Source: Gammaproteobacteria bacterium
Lineage (GTDB): Bacteria; Pseudomonadota; Gammaproteobacteria; Eutrophobiales; Eutrophobiaceae
Assembly (NCBI GenBank): GCA_965221695.1
Contig: OZ244905.1
Location: forward strand, 1,280,001 to 1,344,000
Length of the DNA: 64,000 bases
Reading direction: 5' to 3'
Below are positions 57,364 to 64,000 of this stretch, piece by piece (the first letter of the stretch is position 1; every line of letters starts with the position of its first letter). Under the pieces are notes generated by a model that had not been told where the DNA came from, made no database searches, and saw only the letters and a list, made by a program, of their open reading frames with translations. A program made the translations under genes and the position numbers.

Positions 57364-57461
57364 TGACGCAGATTTTTTTATGCCACAGAGGGCACAGAGA
57401 TCACAAAGTGGGCCGAATATCCGTTCAACATCTGTGCTACTTGGATGCTCAGTAATTTATC

Positions 57462-57535
57462 ATGGGAAGCTCTGAACAAGTCCATCCTGGACTTGTCAGA
57501 GTACGGAACATCTGACTTAATCAGAGGTTCCTTAA
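57462..57535 (-). mobile_element. repeat family A, 74-bp internal-deletion copy (hairpins 5 and 1 only)
   Basis: 84 bp (hairpins 2-4) missing, joined at a GGAA microhomology. Confidence 0.85.
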
Positions 57536-57536
57536 G

Positions 57537-58526
57537 ATGGGGGTGATGAAGGATAAACGCATCCTGGCCGCCGGCGCCGGACGAATGGGCAGAGGCATTG
57601 CCCACATGTTCGCGTATGCCGGCTACCCGGTGGCGCTGCTTGACGTCAAGGACCGCGACGAGGACGGATTCAGCCAACTGGTTGATGCGGCGCTGGCTGA
57701 AATTGAGGCAAACCTGACGTTCCTGTCCGGGCTCGGCCACATCAGCCCTGCGCAGGTAAACAAGGTCCTCGACCTCATCGAGGTCAAACCCAAGGCAAGC
57801 GCGCCTACAGCGATAGGCGCGGCCGATGTCATCATCGAAGCGGTACCGGAGACCCTGGAAGCAAAAAAGCATGCGCTTGAACTGATAGGGGAACATGCCG
57901 GCGCCGATGCGATAACGACCTCGACCACCTCTTCCATGCTCGTGACTGAACTGCAACAGTGGGTGGCGCAACCGGAGCGGTTCCTGAACACACATTTTCT
58001 GAACCCTGCCTACCTTATTCCGCTGGTGGAGGTCAGCCCCGCTCCGGATACCGCGGAAAGTGTGACGCTGGATATCATTGCCCTGTTCGAATCCATCGGC
58101 AAGGCGCCGGTCAGGTGTGCGGCAGCGCCGGGTTATATCATCCCGCGCCTGCAATCGTTGCTGATGGCCGAAGCCTGCCGCATGGTGGAGGAAGGCGTGG
58201 CGACCCCGGCCGAGATCGACAAGGCTATTACCCACGGTTTCGGCCCGCGCTATGCCACCCTGGGCGTGATGGAATTCATCGACTGGGGCGGCGTCGATAT
58301 TCTCTACTATGCCGGCCACTACCTCTCAAAGGCGCTGGATTCCCCGCGCCATGCCCCACCGGAGGAAGTATCCAGGATGATGCAGGACGGGCGCAAGGGC
58401 ATGCGTGAAGGCCGTGGCTATTACGATTTCCGCGACATGGATGTGGATGCCTGGCAAAAGGAAAAGCTGACCCGGTTCGTCACCCTGCTGGGTAGCCTCG
58501 GTCAGATCCCGAAACCCGGAGTTTAA
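57537..58526 (+). CDS. 3-hydroxyacyl-CoA dehydrogenase family protein
   Basis: GAGRMGRGIA, EAVPE...K, STTSS, HFLNPAYLIPLVEV, PGYIIPRLQ. Confidence 0.88.
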   Translation: MGVMKDKRILAAGAGRMGRGIAHMFAYAGYPVALLDVKDRDEDGFSQLVDAALAEIEANLTFLSGLGHISPAQVNKVLDLIEVKPKASAPTAIGAADVIIEAVPETLEAKKHALELIGEHAGADAITTSTTSSMLVTELQQWVAQPERFLNTHFLNPAYLIPLVEVSPAPDTAESVTLDIIALFESIGKAPVRCAAAPGYIIPRLQSLLMAEACRMVEEGVATPAEIDKAITHGFGPRYATLGVMEFIDWGGVDILYYAGHYLSKALDSPRHAPPEEVSRMMQDGRKGMREGRGYYDFRDMDVDAWQKEKLTRFVTLLGSLGQIPKPGV

Positions 58527-59146
58527 CCGCCAATGTCGATAATTCCCTTTTCCTTCATATAGTTGATAATGATGTCAACCTCTTGCGCAAGCGTCATTTG
58601 ATCACTGCGGAGATGGATCTCTGGACATTCAGGTTCCTCGTAAGGATCGTCAATACCGGTAAAGTTCCTGATCTCCCCGGCCCTGGCTTTTTTGTACAAG
58701 CCCTTGGGGTCGCGCTGCTCAGCGGTCTCCAGGGAGCAATCCACATGTATTTCGATAAAGTCGAAGCCCGCTTCCCGGTGCAGTTGCCGCACCTGATCGC
58801 GGTCCGCCCGGTAAGGACTGATGAAAGCGGATAGAACCAGCAGGCCCGCATCCACAAACAGCTTGGATATCTCACCGATGCGCCGGATGTTCTCGGTCCG
58901 ATCCTCTGCCGAGAAGCCCAGGTTCCTGTTGATACCCATGCGGATATTGTCACCGTCCAGCCGGTAGCTGAGCTTGCCGTGTTCATAAAGAACCGCTTCG
59001 AGCGCCACCGCAATGGTACTCTTGCCACTGCCGGAAAGGCCGGTAAACCAGAGCGTCGCGCCTTTCTGACCCAGAAACCGGTTCCGGTCCGCGCGGGTGA
59101 TATCTCCTTCATGCCAATGCACATTGGTTGCTTTTTGTATTGTCAT
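58523..59146 (-). CDS. cysC: adenylyl-sulfate kinase
   Basis: WFTGLSGSGKST, LDGDNIR, FISPY, RDPKGLY, FTGIDDPYE. Confidence 0.96.
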   Translation of the reverse strand: MTIQKATNVHWHEGDITRADRNRFLGQKGATLWFTGLSGSGKSTIAVALEAVLYEHGKLSYRLDGDNIRMGINRNLGFSAEDRTENIRRIGEISKLFVDAGLLVLSAFISPYRADRDQVRQLHREAGFDFIEIHVDCSLETAEQRDPKGLYKKARAGEIRNFTGIDDPYEEPECPEIHLRSDQMTLAQEVDIIINYMKEKGIIDIGG

Positions 59147-59383
59147 TCTCTACACCCGTGTCCCATTGCTACAGTTTAACATGTGCCGGATTGCGCGCGG
59201 ATAATCCAGGCAGATCGTAATCAGCCTGTTTGCCGGTAGCGAGGAATACGGAGAGCAGTTGCAAAGGTATGTTGGTATTCCACAAGAGGTATCAGGTGGT
59301 TGTTCTGCATAGGGAAAATACGGCATTGCATAAATTTCTGCCCGCTTATGGTACTAGAATAAATCCCGATCGATCTTTCTATC

Positions 59384-61756
59384 ATGGAGGTCGTTGTGAA
59401 TAATAAGTATCTCTTAGCGGTTTTACCAGGTTTCTTGATTTCGTTGTTTTCCACCATGGCCGCCGCTCAGGTTGTGCTGGAAGAAGTAGTAGTCACTGCC
59501 CAGAAGCGCGAACAATCCATACAGGATGTGCCGATTTCGATTACGGCCATCAGTGGGGATGATTTGCAAAATAATATTGTGCAGGATATCTACGACCTGC
59601 GCGCGACGGTTCCGGCGCTGGAAGTCAGGGGCGTCGACCCACCCAGCCAGGGCGCGGCGTTTGCCATCAGGGGATTGGGTTCTTCTGTATTTAACATGGG
59701 GTTCGAGCCCACTGTCGGTACTTTTATCGATGGTGTGTATGTCAGCCGCTCCGGACTGGTGGCAAGCAGTGACCTGCTTGACCTGGACCGGGTCGAAATA
59801 TTAAAAGGCCCGCAAGGCACCCTGTTCGGCAAGAACACCACCGGCGGCGTTATCCATTTCATCACGAATAAACCCTCGTTCGATGAAGTGGATGGCTTTG
59901 CTGAAGTCACCTACCAGGAATATGATCAGGTCAGGGTCAGAGGCGTATTAAACGTCCCTGTCCAGGATAACTTCGCGGCCCGCATCGCCGCTTCCTGGCA
60001 TAACGGAGATGGCTATCTCGATAATGCAAACGGTGACGATCTCAATGATCGGGACCGGTTCACGCTGCGCGGCCAACTCCTGTGGGAACCGAATGATGAT
60101 TTGAACATCCGGGTTATTGTCGATTACAGCGAAGTGGACGAAAACTGTTGCTGGCCGGTAAGGAATACCAATAACCCGCTCAACCCTGTCGTGAACGCGC
60201 CGCTGGCGGCGGCGATCGGCGCCAGTATCATTGACCCCCCTGACGTGGACGGCCTGCGTGTGGCCGCCAACGGCGACCTGGTTTATGATGCCGAAGATTT
60301 CGGCATATCAGGCGAAATCAACTGGAAGCTCGGTGGTATCACCCTGACATCCATCACCGCTTACCGGGATTACCAGGATGTGAACACCAAGGACAATGAC
60401 TTCACCGGCGTGGACATGCTGATCAATACGGATACCCTGCCGGAGGTGAGCATCGTCTCGGAAGAATTCCGTATTGCCGGAGTGAGTGAGGATGTCGGCT
60501 TCGCCCGGTCGCTTGATTGGGTGGTCGGCTTTTATTATGCCAACGAGCAGGTCAAACGAACCAGGGAATTTGTCTGGGGTTCGCAAATCACCTCTTTTCC
60601 ATTCTTCTTTCCCGGTTTGTTCGGCAACGTGCCCGGACGCGCATTCTTCGATGAATTCAGCCAGGATGTGGACACCGTGGCCGGTTTCGGTCACATAACT
60701 ATCGATATCAACGATAAACTCTCCCTGACCGGCGGTGTCCGTTATACCGATGATGACAAGAACGCCAGCCACAGGGGCGTGACAGGCAATGCGGCAGCGC
60801 CTTTCAATAATTTTCCGCTTGCCGTGGTGCATGATTTCGATGCCGAACGTAATGACAGCGAGGCAACGGGGACCGCCAGTATCCAATACAGGGCCACAGA
60901 CAATGTGATGGGATTTTTCACCTACAGTCGGGGCTATAAATCTGGCGGCATCAGCCTGAACAGGGACGCTGCGGGCAATGCCGTGACCTTGGGCGACCCG
61001 GTACTGGGATGCCCACCGGGCGGGACCTTGGTTCCCCCCGTATGTCTTTTCCCACCAGGCGACCCGACATTCGACCCTGAATATGCCGATCATTATGAGA
61101 TAGGTTTAAAAAGCATTTTGTTTGACGGCCGTATGCGGTTGAATGCTTCTATCTGGAAAACGGATTTTGAAGGGCTGCAACTCCAGACGTTAAGAACGGA
61201 TGGTTCCTTCCAGGTCATTAATGTGGCCGGCGCAACCTCGCAAGGCATCGAGTTGGATGTAAACCTGGCTGTAAGTCAGAATCTTGATGTTTATGCCGCG
61301 GTTCAATTCCTGGACGCGGATTTTGATGATGGCGTACCGGCGCTGTCACCGGGGTTGCCCGCGATGGGCGGTCAGGATATACCTTATTCGTCTGATATTA
61401 CCGGCAATCTTGGCGCCAATTTCAACCTGCCGCTGGGCGATACCGGTATGCGCTTGTTCCTGAACGGCAACCTGTTTTTCCGGTCCGAATACTTTTCCTT
61501 TACGGAACCGGATCCCGCCCGTGTCCAGGAAGCGTATGAGTTGCTGAGCCTGCGTGGCGGTGTCAGCGCTGACAGCGGCAAATGGGAACTCGCCGTGTGG
61601 TGCCGCAATTGTACCGATGAACGGTACAAATACAGCGACTTCGCGATCCCATTTGATGGTTCGATACTGGCGTTCCCCGGCGCTCCCTTAGGCACACTCT
61701 GGTCACATTATGGCGCGCCGAGATTTGTTGGCGTAACTGGTACTTTCCGCTTCTGA
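59384..61756 (+). CDS. TonB-dependent receptor (start possibly GTG 59396)
   Basis: EEVVVTAQKREQSIQDVP, VEILKGPQGTLFGKN, terminal Phe. Confidence 0.93.
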   Translation: MEVVVNNKYLLAVLPGFLISLFSTMAAAQVVLEEVVVTAQKREQSIQDVPISITAISGDDLQNNIVQDIYDLRATVPALEVRGVDPPSQGAAFAIRGLGSSVFNMGFEPTVGTFIDGVYVSRSGLVASSDLLDLDRVEILKGPQGTLFGKNTTGGVIHFITNKPSFDEVDGFAEVTYQEYDQVRVRGVLNVPVQDNFAARIAASWHNGDGYLDNANGDDLNDRDRFTLRGQLLWEPNDDLNIRVIVDYSEVDENCCWPVRNTNNPLNPVVNAPLAAAIGASIIDPPDVDGLRVAANGDLVYDAEDFGISGEINWKLGGITLTSITAYRDYQDVNTKDNDFTGVDMLINTDTLPEVSIVSEEFRIAGVSEDVGFARSLDWVVGFYYANEQVKRTREFVWGSQITSFPFFFPGLFGNVPGRAFFDEFSQDVDTVAGFGHITIDINDKLSLTGGVRYTDDDKNASHRGVTGNAAAPFNNFPLAVVHDFDAERNDSEATGTASIQYRATDNVMGFFTYSRGYKSGGISLNRDAAGNAVTLGDPVLGCPPGGTLVPPVCLFPPGDPTFDPEYADHYEIGLKSILFDGRMRLNASIWKTDFEGLQLQTLRTDGSFQVINVAGATSQGIELDVNLAVSQNLDVYAAVQFLDADFDDGVPALSPGLPAMGGQDIPYSSDITGNLGANFNLPLGDTGMRLFLNGNLFFRSEYFSFTEPDPARVQEAYELLSLRGGVSADSGKWELAVWCRNCTDERYKYSDFAIPFDGSILAFPGAPLGTLWSHYGAPRFVGVTGTFRF

Positions 61757-61763
61757 TTACTGA

Positions 61764-61795
61764 CCCGGATTTCTTATCGGCTGAGAAATCCGGGC
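61764..61795 (+). terminator. stem-loop after the TBDR gene
   Basis: cccggatttct-tatcggctg-agaaatccggg; weak U-tract. Confidence 0.5.
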
Positions 61796-61847
61796 TAAGG
61801 TTCTGGGTTCTGGAACACTCTGAGCACGCCAGGTGTTTCATTGCGCT

Positions 61848-61885
61848 ATGAAGAATATTGACAAATATCTTCATGATGCGATACT
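61848..61885 (+). promoter_or_regulatory. TA promoter with inverted-repeat operator over the -35
   Basis: atgaagaatatt-gac-aaatatcttcat overlapping TTGACA; GATACT 16 nt downstream. Confidence 0.55.
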
Positions 61886-61924
61886 GGCGGCAGGTTTTTC
61901 TATAGATACTTCGGAGCCAGATCA

Positions 61925-62188
61925 ATGCCTGCATCACTCAATTTATCGCTAACCGATGAACTCAAGGAGTTCGTTGAAAAACAGTCTGGCGATGGGACTC
62001 TTTTTGCTACATCCAGCGAATTTGTGCGCTCACTGATACGGGAAAGGAAAGAAAAAATAGAAGCGGCTACTTTACGCGAATCGATCCTCCACGGCTATCA
62101 GGACATAATAGAAGGGCGTACCAGCGAATACAAAGGCAACATCGCTGAGGTAATCAGACAGGTAAAGGAACGCACTGTAACGGGTTAA
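61925..62188 (+). CDS. ParD-like RHH antitoxin
   Basis: LNLSLTDELKEFV...G.LFATSSEFVRSLIR. Confidence 0.8.
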   Translation: MPASLNLSLTDELKEFVEKQSGDGTLFATSSEFVRSLIRERKEKIEAATLRESILHGYQDIIEGRTSEYKGNIAEVIRQVKERTVTG

Positions 62189-62373
62189 CCCGAGTATCTC
62201 ACCAATTGATGCGATGATCGCTGAGGATTTTTTGACGCGCCCCATCCTTGGGGCGCTTCCTGAACGTATCAAGCGTAGTGTGTGATGGCAACATAGTCAA
62301 CAGATTACCATAACTCATTGACAGCAAACATTTATCCGATCGTAACAAGCGAATTGGTGGGATATTCGGGTTC
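62186..62373 (+). mobile_element. MITE-like family D, long copy between antitoxin and toxin
   Basis: Terminal IRs aacccgagtatctcaccaatt / aacccgaatatcccaccaatt (19/21). Confidence 0.8.
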
Positions 62374-62727
62374 ATGGTAACTTTACACATTACTGATAGA
62401 GCAGCGCTTGAAATCGAACAGGTTCAAGAATATACAAAACAACAATGGGGACAAGACCAGGCTGACAAATATATTGCGGATATAGACAGAATCCTGCAAA
62501 TGTTACAGGAATACCCTGATCTTTTGCAGACAAAGACTCAAATATCCCAATACTTGAAATTCTATGCCACCGGCAAACATATCCTGGTTTTTGAGAAAAT
62601 AAACGACGAAATTTATCTTATAACGGTTAAACACACGGCAATGGATTTAGACAGCCGGATGCCTGAGCTTGAACCCGTTCTTAAAGAGGAAGTGCGGGCG
62701 TTGCGCGCAAGATTACTCAAATTATGA
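62374..62727 (+). CDS. ParE/RelE-family toxin
   Basis: ITDRA..EIEQV.EYT.QQWGQDQADKY, KHILVF, VKHTAMD. Confidence 0.85.
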   Translation: MVTLHITDRAALEIEQVQEYTKQQWGQDQADKYIADIDRILQMLQEYPDLLQTKTQISQYLKFYATGKHILVFEKINDEIYLITVKHTAMDLDSRMPELEPVLKEEVRALRARLLKL

Positions 62728-62737
62728 CTCTTTCAAC

Positions 62738-62895
62738 TAAGGAAACTCTGAACAAGTCCATCCTGGACTTGTCAGAGCACGGAAAACAAAAATGCGATTT
62801 TTGTTTTCCTCACAAAATCAATGCCTTACAGTCATTGATTTTGACGATACATCCTTGTATCGTAGGAACCTCTGACTTAATCAGAGGTTCCCTAA
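62738..62895 (-). mobile_element. repeat family A, full 158-bp copy (reverse)
   Basis: Matches the 28381 copy; hairpin 3 carries a paired change (caaaatc/gattttg). Confidence 0.9.
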
Positions 62896-62929
62896 ATTGG
62901 CTTGTTCAGTGGGTCGGGAAACGGATTTA

Positions 62930-63233
62930 ATGGCGTTGCAAAAGGATGAGATTCGCCGCTTATTGGAGCCTCTCAATGATGAACTGGCCTGTGCCGGTAC
63001 TACCGGAGAGTTGTACCTGATGGGTGGCGCCGTTATGTGCCTGGCATATAATGCGCGTCCATCAATCCAGGTCCTTGGATGAGGCTGATGTGCGGTTCCT
63101 GCCCCGTTATCTGAATATTGCGAATTACCGAAAAGCATTGGACATCATCTGCCAATATTACCCTTTGGAGCGATTTCCGCAAAAGACACTGTACGCATTG
63201 GAAGAAATGGTAAATGATTTAGTTCCGGATTAG
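62930..63233 (+). pseudogene. internally deleted, frameshifted DUF6036/AbiEii-like nucleotidyltransferase
   Basis: N-terminal ELYLMGGAVMCLAYNARP breaks where the DxD motif is expected; C-terminal DEADVRF...YYPLERFPQKTLYALEE in another frame. Confidence 0.65.
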
Positions 63234-63294
63234 TGGGTTGTCCTGGGTTACTGAAGAATTATTACCTCAAATCAAAACCGGAGGTTAACTGAAG

Positions 63295-63771
63295 ATGCAC
63301 ACCGACAAACAATACACCGACCGATTTGCCCGGGAAGTCATCGACCTGCACATCTTTTTTGAAGACTGGTTCGGCGGCTACTGCGAGAACAACGAGCAGG
63401 TTTTTGCGAAGCGCCTGCTGGACCGGATGCACGGTGATTTCAACATCATCCTGCCCGGAGGTATGATGATTTATGGCGCCGATTTCTGGCCGGAGTTCAG
63501 GAAATTGTACGGCAGCAACCCGGATTTTCATATAAGTATACGCGCCATCCAACAGCAGCCGCTGGCTGGTGATTCGGTGTATCTCGTCAACTACCAGGAG
63601 TGGCAGAGAAACGCCAGACAGTCAACTCCCCAGAACAACGGGCGGTTGTCCACGGCTGTCTTTGTTGAAGACAAGGATGCGCCCAACGGCATCAAGTGGT
63701 TCCACGTACATGAAACATGGCTGCCGGACGCCGTTATGGCTGCGGAAGCGTACAACTGGGAGCATAGCTAA
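63295..63771 (+). CDS. conserved hypothetical protein, NTF2/SnoaL-like (DUF4440-like)
   Basis: EVIDLHIFFEDWF, YQEWQ, RLSTAVF, W.HVHETW; GGAGG RBS. Confidence 0.7.
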   Translation: MHTDKQYTDRFAREVIDLHIFFEDWFGGYCENNEQVFAKRLLDRMHGDFNIILPGGMMIYGADFWPEFRKLYGSNPDFHISIRAIQQQPLAGDSVYLVNYQEWQRNARQSTPQNNGRLSTAVFVEDKDAPNGIKWFHVHETWLPDAVMAAEAYNWEHS

Positions 63772-63823
63772 GGGAAAAAGTCTACGACCGCTTGGGCTCC
63801 ATGTCGGTAGCCTTCAACATGCT

Positions 63824-64000
63824 CTATGACCCGGATGAGAGCGCAACCCGCTTCCTGGCCAGCCAGCGTCGTATAACGCCGTGCCGGTGTTTGTCGATGG
63901 GGTAGTTATACAGCATGACGGCCCCAGCGAAACCTATGATGGCGGGAAGGAACAGCGCAACGAACGTAAGACCTTGCACGGCCTGTGCGTCATTCTCTGC
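63824..64000 (-). CDS. 3' end of an MFS/GPH-family transporter (partial)
   Basis: Manual translation ...QAVQGLTFVALFLPAIIGFAGAVMLYNYPIDKHRHGVIRRWL...*. Confidence 0.65.
   Translation of the reverse strand, partial: AENDAQAVQGLTFVALFLPAIIGFAGAVMLYNYPIDKHRHGVIRRWLARKRVALSSGS

Noticed and set aside
57358-57452. CCACAGAGGGCACAGAG-type imperfect inverted repeat
   Set aside because: Single degenerate instance with undefinable boundaries
62182-62377. Family D or family A as integron attC sites (TAAC...GTT ends, stop codons at edges)
   Set aside because: Ends do not fit RYYYAAC/GTTRRRY, several copies exceed typical attC length, orientations are mixed and no intI is present
62724-62930. Short ORFs containing KQKCDFCFP (also at 15299, 28256, 36957) as a Cys-motif protein family
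   Set aside because: Translations of the repeat with unrelated starts and ends; no evidence of expression

Overview
Proteobacterial chromosome segment, most likely a gammaproteobacterium given the tRNA-Tyr-Gly-Thr-tuf-tRNA-Trp-secE order. After this core cluster (1-1.9 kb) the window is mostly accessory catabolism. It holds four TonB-dependent-receptor (TBDR) loci, two of them hydantoinase/NCS1-permease cassettes. It also has a Slam (type XI secretion) gene with a (Glu-Pro)57 surface lipoprotein, an AOR/PLP-decarboxylase/aminotransferase operon facing a P450, the homogentisate pathway (hppD, hmgA, FAH, maiA, scoAB) with two MarR regulators and visible operators, kynureninase, and an aryl-pyruvate decarboxylase. 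Smaller elements are AAA-DUF4143 ATPases, VapBC and ParDE-type TA modules, an AT-rich islet with an unknown XRE pair, and several deletion pseudogenes. The most striking non-coding feature is a 158-bp modular element of five tandem hairpins, with 12 full or partial copies. Two copies carry a nested 72-bp element. Copies sit at gene ends, overlapping stop codons and possibly supplying RBSs and a start codon. At least two other MITE-like families are present. No transposase, integrase or CRISPR array was seen. Family assignments come from motif recognition by eye; no database searches were run.
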